A stretch of DNA of 64,000 bases from Oikopleura dioica (GCA_907165135.1 OU015567.1:6448001-6512000); one strand, 5' to 3'. Shown: positions 24,663 through 39,148, counted from the first letter of the stretch. Numbers and translations: made by a program. The notes: generated by a model from the sequence alone, not told the origin.

Positions 24663-27600
24663 TTAATCTCGGGACTTGGCTCGGACCTTGTTAAGAGTGG
24701 CCTCGGCCATCTCAGCTCGCTCTTCAGATTCGTCGAGCTCGTGCTGGACCTTTCGGAACTTGGACATGTTGACGTTGGCGGCTTCTTCAGCTTCTTCGGC
24801 CTGTCGCTTGTAGGTCTTGACCTTGATCTGGAGCTTGTCGACGAGGTCCTGGAGTCGGACAAGGTTCTTCTTGTCTTCCTCAGCGGAGTAGACGACTTCC
24901 TTGAGCTTTCGCTCGAGTTTCTTCTGGTTCTTGAGGGCGTCTGCAGTTCGCTTCTGCTCAGCATCGAGCTCGTTCTCGAGTTCTCGGACACGCTGGTCGA
25001 GCTTCTGGATCTGCTTTTTGCCACCCTTCATGGCGACCTGCTCGGATTCGTCGAGTCGGAGCTGGAGATCCTTGATGGTGGCCTCCATGTTCTTCTTCAT
25101 TCGCTCAAGGTGAGCGGACTGGTCCTGCTCCTTCTTGAGTTCCTCAGCCATCATAGCGGCGTCAGAGATAGCCTTCTTGGCCTTCTCCTCAGCGTTTCGC
25201 TGCTCAGAGACGGCCTCTTCGACTTCGGACTGGGCGGACTGGAATTCCTGCTCGACCTTTCGCTTGGAGTTGATGAGGGCGGTGTTCTGGGTGTGGAGGA
25301 GGGCTGATCGCTCGTTGGCTTCGAGAAGCTCGGATTCAGCGAGCTTTCGGCCTCGTTCAGCCTGCTCAAGGGCACCTCGGAGTTCCTCAAGTTCGCCCTG
25401 GAGAAGGTTGGCTCGTCGGTCAACAACGGCAACCTGCTCAGCGAGATCTTCGGAGTTTCGCTGGGAGTCATCAACGGAGACCTGGAGATCCTTGTTCTGC
25501 TGCTGGAGAGCCTTCAAGGCCTTCTGGGCTTCGGAGCACTGTCGGTTAGCATGACCAAGCTGGATTTCAAGATCGTTGAAGTCAGATTCCATCTTCTTCT
25601 TGGCTCGGATGGCTTCACCTCGGGCTCGGATTTCGGAGTCAAGGGTGGTCTGCATGGATTCAACAGCTCGCTGTCCGTTTCGTCGGCAGTTGTCGACTTC
25701 TTCGTCCTTCTCAGCAAGTCGTCGCTCGAAGTCCTGCTTGATCTGGGCAACTTCGACCTGGAGTCGAAGGACCTTGGATTCTTCGGATTCGACAGCGGCT
25801 TCAGCTTCCTCGAGGGCGGCCTGGAGTTCGTTTCGCTCAACATCAACAGCTCGCTTGTTCTTCTCGAGCTCGTGGATCGATTTGCCGGATTCAGCAAGCT
25901 GGTCGGAGAAGTCAGCGATTTCTTCCTGGAGGTTCTTGTTCTCTCGCTTGATGGTCTCAAGGGCGTCGAGGGATTCTTCGTAGGCGTTCTTGGTCTTGAA
26001 GAGCTCGGTGGAGAGGGATCGGGATTCTTTCTGGGACTGTTCGAGTTCGGTCTGGATTTCTTCCTGCTTCTGCTTGGCCTCGGCAAGGATCTTGTCGAAG
26101 TTTCGCTGCTTCTTGTCAAGCTGGGAAGCGGCCTGGGTGGCTCGCTCGAGTTCGATGGTGAGGTCTTCGATTTCAGCGGCCTGTCGAGACTTGGACTTCT
26201 CGAGAGAAGCGCACTTAGCCTGGGTGGCTTCGACGGTCTCTTCGGCTTCCTGGAGTCGAGCAGCAAGCTTCTTCTTAGCTTCCTCGAGCTCCTCGGTTCG
26301 CTGGATGGCATCGGTCTCGTACTTGGTTCGCCACTGAGAAACTTCAGTGTTGGCCTTGGTAAGAGATCGCTGGAGTTCAGCCTTGGCCTCCTGCTCTTCT
26401 TCGTACTGCTCCTTGATGAGCTCGTTGTCGTGTCGAGCGGCCTGGACGGCGTGGGCAAGAGCACCCTTGGCCTTGGATTCTTCGTCGAGGTTTCGCTTGA
26501 GCTCCTCGATCTGCTGAGCCTGGGAGTTCTTGGTTCGGGTGAGCTGGGAGACGAGCTGTTCTTTCTCTTCGATCTGTCGGACGTTCTCCTGGTTGTCAGC
26601 CTGGAGTCGGCCTCGGATGGCGTTGAGTTCGTTGATTTCTCGGGCGAACTCGTCCTGCTTGGCCTGGGACTCGTGGAGCTGGTCCTCGAGGTTTCGGCAC
26701 ATCTTCTCGAACGAGAGCTTGTTCTTGGTAACAGTCTCGACGTTGGAAGCAAGATCATCGATCTCCATCTTCATCTCGGACTTCTCCTTCTCGAGCTTTT
26801 GCTTGACTCGCTGGAGGTTGTCGATGGTCTCGGACATTTCAGCGGCGGTGTCAGCGTGCTTCTTTCGGAGAGTAGAGATCTGGGCCTCGTGGGAGAGATT
26901 GGACTCTTCGAAGTCTCGTCGGAGCTTGGCCATCTCGGCTTCTCGTCGCTTGTTAAGCTCGATCTGAGCGGCAGTCTGGCCACCAGCTTCCTCAAGTCGC
27001 TCGGAAAGTTCCTCAAGTTCTCGGGAGAGATCAGATCGCTGCTTCTCAACCTTGGCTCGCATGGTTCGCTCAGATTCGAGTTCTTCCTCGAGCTCTTCAA
27101 TTCGAGCCTGGAGCTCCTTGATCTTCTTCTGGAGCTGAGCAGTAAGGGCCTGCTCGTCTTCAAGTCGAGTGGAAAGCTGAGAGTATTCGAATTCGGACTT
27201 CTTGAGTTTCTCTTCAAGTCGCTGCTTGTCGTTCTCAAGATCCATGATGGTCTCGGCAGCCATTCGGCCGTCAGACTCGAGCTTTCTCTTGGCTCGCTCA
27301 AGATCCATTCGGACCTTCTTCTCGGCCTCGAGGGCAGATTCGAGGTCATCGACCTGCTGCTCGAGCTTGTTCTTCATCTTGGAGAGAGAGTTGACCTTGT
27401 CTTCCTCGGCCTGGAGGTCATCAAGAGTCTGCTGGTGAGCTTCCTGGAGAGCCTTCTTCTCCTTCTGGAGCTTAGCGATGGTGTCTTCAAGAGAACCAAG
27501 TTCCTCAGTGAGGTTCTTGACCTTGTTCTCGGTTGCGTGCTTCTCCTTTTCGACCTTGGCGAGGGTGAGTTCAAGATCATCAATATCCTTCTTCAATTCG

Positions 27601-30579
27601 GAGCATTCGTCCTCGAGCTTTCGCTTCTTGGTGACGAGCTCGTTGTTGAGTTCTTCCTCGTCTTCGATTCGCTCCTGGAGTTCCTTGATCTTGCCGTCGA
27701 GCTCGACCTTGGTCTTGATGAGGGAGTCGCATCGGTCCTCAGCATCTTCGCTGGACTGGATCTCAGCGTTAAGCTGGATGACGAGATCGTTCTTGGCCTG
27801 GGAGAGCATGACGACCTGCTCTTCGAGGTCCTTTCGCTTCTTTCGCTCGACCTCAAGATCCTTCTTGGTCTGCTCGGCCTCCTCAAGCATTCGCTCCATC
27901 TTCTTCATCTCCTCAGCGGTCTGGAGAAGAGGCTTGATCTTGTAGATGATGTCCATCCATGGCCAGGACTTGAGCTTGATGAAGTTTCTCCAGTTGGACT
28001 GGACAGTTCGGAGGGCTTCACGTCGCTCGACGAGCTTGTTGAACTCGACTCGCATAAGTCTACCCTTACCACGGGCCTGGAGACCGGAGAGAATGGCGGA
28101 AAGTCGGTTATCTCGAAGATCCTCCATAACACCAAGGAAACCAGCTCGGAAGAAGATCATGGTGTGACCGAATCGGTACTTGTCGTGATCAACGGGAAGG
28201 GAAGCCATGAGCTTCTCGCAAGCCTTCTTGTTGTCCATGAACTGACCCTCGGGGAGCATAGCAGGGTTCAAGATTCGGTATCGCTGCTTGACGTCACCGT
28301 ATGGCATACGGTTGGGGAAACCAAGTCGGCAAATACGGATACCTTCCAAGACACCGTTACATCGGAGCTGATGGAGGACGAGGTGAGCAAGCATGACACC
28401 GGGGTTCTTGGACTCGTTGGGGACGACGCAACGGACGAAGTGAGGAGAAGTGGATCGGAGGGTGGTCATGAGCTTACCAAGGGATTCCTTGTGAGCAGCA
28501 GAGACAGTCTTTCCGCCACCCTTCTTCTTCTTCTTTCCGCCACCGCCGGAGCCTTCTTCAGCGGGGTCAACCCAGGTCTCCCAAGTGGTCTTGAGGAGAG
28601 GAAGGGAGGACTTCTGATAGAGAGCAGCAACGGAAGCGTTGACGGGATCCTTGTTCTTCTCGAGCCAGTCAGCGATGTTGTAACCGACGGTACCAGCGTA
28701 GTGGTGAAGTTCGAAGTGGACATCTCGCTGTCCCTTGGACTTCGGGCCAGCCTTGCCAAAGGCGTTGGTCTTGCCCATGTGGTTCTGGTAGAGCTTGTCC
28801 TTGAAGGTCTGGTCAGAGGCCTTGGGGAACATACATTCTTCTTCGAGGATGGCGAGGATACCCATTGGCTTTTCAATCAAGTCAAGAGTAGCGGCCAAAT
28901 CCATACCGAAATCGACGGTTTCCCAGTCAATACCTTCCTTCTTGTAGGTTTCCTGTTCGAGGACGAACATGTGGTGGTTGAAGAACTGCTGGAGCTTCTC
29001 GTTGGTGTAGTTGATGCAAAGCTGCTCGAAGGTGTTGAAGTCGAAAATTTCGAAACCAGCAATATCGAGGACACCAATGAAGTAGTTTCGGGGGAGAGTG
29101 GAGGAGAGGGCATCGTTGATCTGGACACAGAGCCAGTCGAAGAGTCGGGCAAAGACGGCCTTGGCGAGGGCACCCTTGGAGTAGTGGACCTGGTTGACGG
29201 TCTGACCCTTGGTGACGAACTCAGTTCCGACCTTGACTCGTGGGTTGCAAATGTACTTCAAGAACTCGGAGGAGTTAAGACCGAGGAGGAAGCAGCACTT
29301 GTCAGCGTTTTCAGTTCCATCGGGCTCAGCCTGTTCTTCTCGCTGCTTGTTTCGGAACTCCATGTTCATGTGGTGGAGGATGGCAGCGGAGATCTTGTAG
29401 ATACCGTCGATCTGTTCCTCAGAGAAGCCGAGAATATGGAAGGCTTCGTCGGTCAAGAGAAGTTCTTCACCATCATCGAGGTTCTTGACAGTGATGACAC
29501 CCTGGGAGATGGTGGGGTAGTCATATGGGTCAGTGGAGACAAGGAGCTTCTCAGTAAGAGCGGGGATCTTGTTGGAGATGACCTGGTAGAAGATATGGTA
29601 GTTTCGCTCACCGCCGAGCTGGAAGGTGACTCGAGACTTTTCGAGAAGATAGGTCTCAATATCACCACAGGAGAGCTTGCCAGAAGCGCCGAAGTGAATT
29701 CGGATGAATTTACCGAATCGAGAAGAGTTATCGTTTCGGGTAGTCTTGGCGTTACCGAAAGCTTCAAGGGCAGGGTTGGCGGAGACGATCTTGTCTTCGA
29801 GGGTCATGTCCTTGGCAGACTTGGCACCCTTGCTGTTGCCAGAAGCGGGAGCGCCAGCGGCAGCGACGAGGGCGAAGTACTGGATGACCTTCTTGGTGTT
29901 GACGGTCTTACCGGCACCAGACTCACCAGTAATAAGCATAGACTGGTTTTCTCGGTAGGTCAACATCTGCTGGTAGGCAGTATCAGCGACGGCGTACAAG
30001 TGAGGGGGCATTTCGTTTCGCTTACGGCCACGGTAGGCGTCGATACAGTACATGGCGTACACGGGGAGCATCTTGTATGGGTTAACAGTGACGCAGAAAA
30101 GACCTAAGAAGATGGAGTTAAAATTTGATTGAACCTAGAGCGAATTACCAGAATAGGTGTAGATAAGGAACTCAGTGTATCGAGATCGGAGAACGTCGAG
30201 GACAGAGGCTTCGTTGAGGTAAGTCAAGTTGGCCATGTCTTCACACTGGTGGTACTTGGGAGGGTTGCATTCCATAACATCTTCCTGTGATAGTCATTTA
30301 GTTCTTGCTTCATTAAAATGAAATAGAACTCACCTCCTTGACCTGGTAAACTTCTTCGTTGTCGTCTCGGACGAGCTGGGCCATACCGCCCTTGGTCTCG
30401 GACCATTTACCTCGGGTGTAACCCATATCGGCATCCTCGGGAGTAGGGACCCAGACGGGCTTGGGGCCACCGATCTGCTTAGCCAAAGCGATCTGCTTGG
30501 CCATGATCTCCATCTTTTTCTCCTCGGACATTCGGAGGTACGGGGCCGCATCCTGGAATATGCTCAGGTCCAACGACAT
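24663..30579 (-). CDS. Striated-muscle-type myosin II heavy chain (about 1940 aa)
   Basis: Coding exons 30579-30334, 30284-30149 and 30103-24663 total 5823 nt, in frame. GESGAGKT P-loop, [33 protein letters not shown] region and coiled-coil rod. Confidence 0.97.
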
Positions 30580-30729
30580 TTTCGTTGGTTTTTATCTACT
30601 TTCCTAAAGAGAAAGTATTAGCTTTGGTCTCTCTCAAATCTCTATCGGAAAAATCGGAGGAAAATGTCACTTACCCTAGTTGATAAAAACGCACTACCGT
30701 TGCAGGGTAAGTGAATGCTGGACATCTTG

Positions 30730-30954
30730 TTTTATATAGAAAGGTGTCAAAAACTCCTCCTAGCCGGGTGCTAAGAAGGTTGGCAGCGACAGTTGACTCA
30801 CTACCCGTACAGGAGGCGAGGTGTGTACTTTTTTCGTCGTCTTTGCAGGAGGTCTTTGCACCTGAGCCTTGAATCCCGCGGAACAAGCCATAATTGGCAA
30901 TAAAAAAGCAAATGAAGAAGCTGCTAGAAGCAGCTGTAAAGCCGATTTGACGTC
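30730..30954 (-). promoter_or_regulatory. Myosin promoter: TATA box plus a cluster of muscle-type motifs
   Basis: TATAAAA on the minus strand at 30736-30730, about 55 nt upstream of a non-coding exon donor near 30673. T-box-like AGGTGTCA 30742 and AGGTGTGT 30819. E-boxes at 30790, 30859, 30909, 30931. CRE-like TGACGTC at 30948. Confidence 0.55.
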
Positions 30955-31061
30955 TGAAAGAAGTTTATCATTATAATTCAAATAGCGCTATTTTATTAAA
31001 TAATAATTGAAGACATAACTGGCAGCATGAGAAGAGTAAAACTGAACTTTTCAAAATAAAT

Positions 31062-32070
31062 CTAGACATAAATATTATCTTTAAGCCTATCAGCAGTAGT
31101 AAACTTGGATAAATTATCAAAACGAGATTTAGTTTGCAACGACTTTGGCAAAATCGCATCGTAAAGAAGGAGATCTTCGATTTGGGGACTTCGGAGGTAT
31201 TCTGTGAAAAGCATCAAGCCGCGCACTTTTGTTTTAATTTTTCCGAGGATACTTTTTGTCAGAAGGAAGCCTGCTACGTCTGAAAAGGATTGAGTGAAGG
31301 AAGGGTTGATAGAAGGAAGGATTGAATAAACGAAACTAACCTTGAGCCGCGCAACCAATTGGAAGTTCTGGAATTGTCAGATCTCCAGCGCAATCACCAA
31401 TTTTGTAAAGTCCTAGAATAAAACTCATTTTCACGAAGAAATATTGACAAAATCTAACCTGGGGGTTGAAGGGCTAACTGACAAGCTTCCGCTTCAATAA
31501 TATCGATCTTTTCAAAACCGATTTGCGCGATTTTTTCGCCCACAAGAACTGCTGCTTTGCCCGTGAATGGTTTTTCAACATGCGCCCAAACGAACTTTTC
31601 ATCCGTCGTCGAAATCAGTTCGAAAGTCATATCGCGCACGAGAGACTTTTCCCTAGAATTTTCTTTATTGCCAAGTCATTAAAGTCAGGTTCTTCAGAAA
31701 GGGTCAGGGGTCAGTGGGCGACCTGACAAGTGCTACTAGATCCTCCTGCATCTTAAAATAGGCATCGGGCTAAATGACTTTTCCGCAGAAGTGTTAATTC
31801 ATCATCTTTTTGGTCTTTTTACCTTAGTTTAGCAAAAGGTGTACGAGTTACTGTAGATTGGTTGACTGCTGCTTCCATCGCTTTTTTCGGGAGAAGTCCA
31901 TTTGTGATGATCAAAAGTGGGACTGAATGGGAACTTGGTAAAAGCTTCTAAACGATACTCTATCTACCTGGAGTTTCTTCTGGTTCTTCAATCCAAACTG
32001 CCTCGGTGTAGTCATCTTCATCCTCAGAATCGGAAGGAATGACAACTTCGTATGGATTCGCCAAAGCCAT
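31062..32070 (-). CDS. Uncharacterised multi-exon gene
   Basis: ATG 32070 after AG (MALANPYEVVIPSDSEDEDD...). Further coding-like segments at 31454-31639 and 31062-31358. The full exon chain is not resolved. Confidence 0.4.
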
Positions 32071-32470
32071 TCTAGCGATTTCTTGTTCAAGATTTTGAAA
32101 AGAAGGTAAAAGAACGTTTATACTAGAACTTAGAAAAGACAAGATCAATGGCGTAGGAAAGGAGTTTTTTGATAAAATTCACTAAGAATAATTTTTCTAA
32201 GACTGAAGAAAATTGAATTTCAAAGATTGAAAATTTCGGAAGGAAGGTTTTTTGTCAGTAGATTGTTTTTTCTCTCAAATGAGAAGAAAGTGTGTCGTTT
32301 TTTTCATCACAGTGGAATGGATTGTTTTGATATGGTTGGTTGAGCCTTGCTAGAATGAAATAGGAGCAGTGTGGAGGAGGAGTTTTTGGCAGAGAGAGTA
32401 CTTACGGTCTTGACCGTTTCAATTTCACGCTCCAGCTAGTTTTTTTAGACCTTAGTTTTTAAGAAGTAGG

Positions 32471-34112
<1,642 letters not shown>

Positions 34113-34194
34113 TCATTATCGAAATGAGGTCAGCTCTTTCGAGATGTCTAAAATTTACTCAAACCGGAAGCTCATTTATTAAAAAATCTCTATC

Positions 34195-35292
34195 ATGTCA
34201 AAAGCACCCCCTTTTGAGCTCCCGTTGATTGATACCGAATTGTTGAGAAATAGAGACAAGCCTACTGAAGATCTCTTTTACAAAGCCCTCACGGATATTG
34301 GCTTTCTTGTACTGAAGAATCATGGCGTTCCAAAAGAGCTCACCGATCGAATGGAAAAGGTTTCGGAGGATTTTTACAAAACTACTCACGAGGAACGAAT
34401 GAAAGTGCAGGCGTACGAGGGAAAGATGATTTCTGAAGGTTCTGCCTTTACTGACACTCCTTTCGTTAATTCACCGTAAGTCGATACTGTTATTATGAAA
34501 TAATTTTGATGAAAGAAACGACGCTTCGATAAAGCTGGATTTTGAAGAAATCGACAACGTTTTCTACGATTATTTGGAAGAGCTCTGCGTCCTGGGGCAG
34601 GATCTTTTGGAATGCTGCGAAAACGTTCTCGGGCTCCGAGAAGGCCGTCTGCTCGACAACTATGAAGCTGCTGGATCAATTGTAGATGCTCTGTTTTATG
34701 ACAAGACTCCACCTGGAAAATGGGGGACAAATGCGCATTATGATAACTGCATGATGACGATCTTGCGGCAGGATATGGTCGGCGGGCTCGAGTTGCAACA
34801 CAAAGGCTTGTGGTACCCAGTCAAGCCGATGGAGGACTGCTTCGTCGTGAATTTCGGAAAGATGATGGAGCACTTTACTTATGGCGTCATTAAAGGTACA
34901 TTGATAAGGAATCGAGTGAACCCATTTTGATAAGCAACGTACCACCGAGTTAAAAACAACAAGGACCAAATGCGAGTATCTTGGCCGATGTTTCTCGGAC
35001 CCAATCTCAATCGAGATTTGACCCAGTTGATCGAATTCAAATGGAACGAAAAACACTACATCGGTAAATCAAAAAAATAATTCCCCGAAATTGCGAGTAT
35101 TTTTCTCAAGATATCGAGCGAGAAAGAATTGCGGAAGAGAACAAAGAAATTGAAGAAAACGCGGCTCATGTACACTTGAACGTCTCGGAAAAGGGTCATC
35201 ATGTTTGGGAAATGATCGAGCGACGCCACATCGACCGATACAGAGACTTGATGCTTGTTCAAAACAGCAAGAAGCGATTCTGGATCAAATAA
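34195..35292 (+). CDS. 2-oxoglutarate/Fe(II)-dependent dioxygenase (isopenicillin-N-synthase-like, DIOX_N + 2OG-FeII_Oxy)
   Basis: LPLID...GFLVLKNHGVP N-terminus; HxD in AHYD; GGLEL; second His in YHRV; RxS in RVS. Four exons joined by GT-AG introns. Confidence 0.85.
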
Positions 35293-35469
35293 GACCTAAC
35301 AAATGTAAACCACTTTTTGTACAACTGCACAAGATTTAACAAGAGAGATGATTGATCTTTTGGGGAGTTGGAGTTTATTTGTCAGGGCACGATTTAAAAA
35401 TTGGAGCGCAAGGGAGCAAAAAGAAACATACAGAGTTTAACCTTTCGTTTATAGTTAAGTTTGAGCAAC

Positions 35470-37172
35470 TCAATCGGAGTCGTCAAACGTCATCTTCTTT
35501 CCAGCAAAGTCCTGGATGGCACCTTTTCGGGCAGCCGCGCCAGGAGTGCTTCCACCTCGTCCACCTCCACGGCCACGACCGCCACCTCGGCCGCCTCGAC
35601 CACCACGGGGAGTGCCGCCGAAAGATGGTCGGTCGCCAGCCATGTTGACCGTCAGGTCTCGTCCTTCCAAAGAGTAAGTGCCCTTCGCTGCGGTCTTTGC
35701 TTCATCAACGGAGTTGAACTCGACGTATCCGAAGCCCTTCATTCGTCCGGTTTCTCGATCAGTTGGCAATCGTACGTTCTAACGATAAAAATCAATCCCT
35801 TTTCTTGTATATTCCTTCTTACCTTGACGTTGTCGCCAAACATTTCCCAAACACTGTCCTGGGTTGCGCTAAATGGCAAGTTCTTGACGAAAACGGTCGC
35901 TTCGTCGTTTCGCTCCTTTCGTTCTCCGAACGACTGTCGGTCGCCGAATGACTTTCTATCACCTCCACGTCCTCGTCCGCGGCCACGACCTCCCCGATCG
36001 TTTCCACCGAACGACTGTCTTCCTTCTGGCTTGGGATCGGCAGCGCACTTCACAAATGCCTGTCGGTCGCCAACATACAAGTTGTCGGCATCAGCTAAAA
36101 TTTAAGATGATGAAAACAAGGTCTTGAATAGATAATGACTCACCAATAGCTGCCTTCATTTCCTTGATGGTTTCGTATTCGACGAAACCAACTCCCTTTG
36201 GCTTTCCAGTGTTTCTGTCGGTCAATAATCGGACTTGGCAAGTACCGTAGTTATTGAAAAGTTCGTACATCTAAAATCAAATATAATGACAACTCAATCA
36301 AGTCAAAAATAACCTGGTCTTCGTCGACGGTGAAGGGAAGATTTCGAACAAAAAGAGTTCGCTTGTCCTTGTCTCCACCATCGTCTTCTTCATCTTCATC
36401 AGCCTTCGCTTTCTTCGCGGCTGGACCTTCGTCTTTCTGTTCCTTTGCCCGCTTCTTGGGGGCGTCAGTTTCCATCTCTTCGTCAGAAGAGCTAGATTCT
36501 CCAGAGGAGCTCTCTTCCTTCTTTGCTTCGGCTTTCTTTGGCGCTGCCTTTTTCTTTGGCGCTTCTTCTTCTTCCTCTGACGAGGATTCCTCGCTGCTGG
36601 AGGACTCTTCTTTCTTTGGAGCGGCCTTCTTCGCAGGAGCAGCTTTCTTGGGGCTGGCTTTCTTCTTTGGAGCTTCTTCCTCTTCAGAAGAAGAGTCCTC
36701 AGAGGAAGATGATTCCTCCTTCTTAGGAGCTGCCTTTTTAGCTGGAGCTGCTTTCTTGGGAGTGGCCTTCTTCTTTGGCGCTGGTTCTTCCTCTTCGGAG
36801 GAGCTGCTATCGCTCGAAGAAGATTCTTTCTTCACAGGCTTCTTGGCGGCGCCATTTTTAGCCTTTCCATTTTTGGCAGCTGGGGCCTTTTTCGGGGCGG
36901 GGGCCTGAAAATAGTGGTAACAGATGGGATCAAGAATAAATGATAACCTCTTCTTCTGAAGAAGAATCCGAGGAAGACGATTCTTCCTTCTTAGCTGGTG
37001 CCTTCTTGGCAACCTTCTTTGCAGCTTTGACCTTGGCGGCGGCAACCTGCTTCTGGACGGTTTCTTCTTCAGAAGAGCTGTCGTCTGAAATCAGAATTGA
37101 TGATTACGTCATAATAAGACAAATCTTACCCGATGACGATGTCTCTGCTTTCTTTGGTACCTTGACTGGCAT
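35470..37172 (-). CDS. NCL: Nucleolin/NSR1-like protein (acidic-serine/lysine repeats, two RRMs, RGG)
   Basis: KKEESSSSEEE repeats; RRMs TLFVRNLPF...KGVGFVEY and TVFVKNLPF...KGFGYVEF; RGG box; terminal IQDFAGKKMTFDDSD*. Confidence 0.85.
36450..37090 (-). repeat. Coding tandem repeats of nucleolin (KKEESSSSEESSSEEEEAPKKKA-like)
   Basis: At least four imperfect copies are visible in ORF 36251..37045. Confidence 0.85.
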
Positions 37173-37534
37173 TATCCGAATTTAATTTATCGTTCTGAAT
37201 AAAGAAAAATGGTTATTTCAATTTATCTCTAGAATTTTAAAAATGAATGTAAAATAATTTCCAACGGAAAAATAAAGAAATAGGCCAGAATAAAAGTAAA
37301 AGTCTTGTCTCTAATGAATTCCCGAATGCGAAATATCTCTCCTCAAAGGTAAAATAAAAAGAAAGAAAAGTAGAAAAGCACAAGACAGAAAATCCGAGCG
37401 CCGCGGCCAATGAGAATGGAGCATTCGCGCTGGGCTTGACGAATAGCGCCGCGCACCATAATTCTCATTGATCCGAGGTTTCTCGCTACTACGGGCCCTT
37501 CTTTTCTCCAATTCTTTACTTACAGACTTACAGT
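37173..37534. promoter_or_regulatory. Probable bidirectional promoter between nucleolin and TTC5
   Basis: About 360-nt divergent gap with a GC-richer core (CGCCGCGGCCAATGA, a CCAAT box near 37408). Confidence 0.4.
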
Positions 37535-39148
37535 ATGAGTAGTATAGAGCAGACGATCGAGGAAGAAATCGCTAATTTGAAGGGCCAATGGGATCACTGG
37601 GCGGAAAAGTTCTCGATTGAAACGCTGGGCCAAAGGGATGAAAGAATTCGAAGCGAGGTCAAAGTTCTACTCAAAAGGGTTGAAGAATCTGAATTAGGTA
37701 TGACGATTTCAAAAATTGAGAATAGACCAAAAAGCACAAATTAAGCCATTTGGCCTTTTTTACACCAAAAATAGTGGATTTTCGGACCGAAAAACTAGTC
37801 AAATTTGGGTTTTGTGCCTTCATTTGTGATAATTCAGCGATTATATTTTAAAATATACTTTGAAAACGCCTGTTTATCAAATAAACAAGCTGTTTGAAAC
37901 AGCTGCTATCTCAATCAGCAAATGTTTAGGAAATGTGGCGAAGCATTACGCTTTGGCGCGTTTGCGAAACATCCTTCCGGAATTCGACGAAAAAGCGAAA
38001 GAATCAATCGAGCGGGTTCTCAAACTCGACCCTTTGAATTTCGACGCTTGGACATTACTTGGCGAGCAGTGCTGGAGAATGGCAGTCGAAGGCAAAGGAG
38101 ATCCAAAAAAGCCCTTTGATGGAATGGTTCAAGCGAAGAGGAACTTCGAGGAATCGTTGAAAAAGAAGAAAAATGTTCACGCCTTGTGTAATTTATCGAT
38201 GCTTCTAAGATCGTATCCTTCGAAGAATTCAAAGGAGAAATATGATAACCTCCAGCTTAGCGTTCAAAAAGCCAAAGAAGCCGTTTCATTAGGTATTCTT
38301 TCATCTCAAAATGTCATTTTCCAATTTCCATTCTCTTAGACGCAGAAAGCGGTTTGGCTTGGTACAATCTTGGAAACGCACATCTTCAATTATACATCCT
38401 CACCTTTGAAACCGAGCCGCATGTGAAAACCGCCCTTGTTTCCTACGAAAAAGCGCAAAAATACGGACAGTTCTACAATCCAGATGTTCATTATAACAAA
38501 GCCCAGTTAGAAATCTTTGCGGAAAAATGGTCCGATGCCTATGATTCGCTCCTCCTTTCTGCGAGGTTTGGTAAGAAAAAAAGCACATCATAGAATTTTT
38601 CATCAACTTTGACAGATCCAGAATCAAAGCGAGCAAAAGAACGATCCGAAGTTCTGGTGGATTTTTGCTCCAGAGCTGCTCTTCTCTGCAAGAATAAAGG
38701 AAAGATGCGGCCGAAAAGACTGGCCGAATTGTTGAAAAAGTGCGAGAAAGATGCGAAAACTAGCACTGATCTGGTCGTCGTCGGACATTTAACGCACTTT
38801 GACTACATTCCATTCGCCTTTGTCGGCGTTGACACATCGTCCGAAGCTCATTTAGTTACCGGTAAAGAACCAAGTTATCCGTCTTTTTTCGAAAGGAAAT
38901 TTCTAGTCTACAACATGGTCAAAGGTCAGGGTCCGCTGGTCGGCGACATCGTCACAATACCAACTTCTGATATGAAAATTTCCAAGTCCAATTTGTCACT
39001 CACCAAAAGTCAAGCTGAAGAAGAAGCTGCTGCTATTGAATTCTCTTCCATTCGCGTCGAGCGACCGTCAAAATTAGCCTTCAACAAGAAAATCCGCGGT
39101 GCTAGCTTGGAAGCGAAGCTTTTCTGTCGCACTGAAAATCTAGAATAG
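37535..39148 (+). CDS. TTC5: Tetratricopeptide repeat protein 5 (TPR + C-terminal OB fold)
   Basis: ERVLKLDPLNFDAWTLLGEQCW; ALCNLSMLLR; AWYNLGNAHLQLY; NPDVHYNKA; IPFAFVGVD; VYNMVKGQGPLVGDIVTIP; FSSIRVERP. Confidence 0.9.

Noticed and set aside
24741-30107. Long + strand ORFs (24741..25307, 25551..30107) as real genes
   Set aside because: They are codon-register mirrors of myosin with Leu/Val-rich low-information sequence, explained by codon bias.
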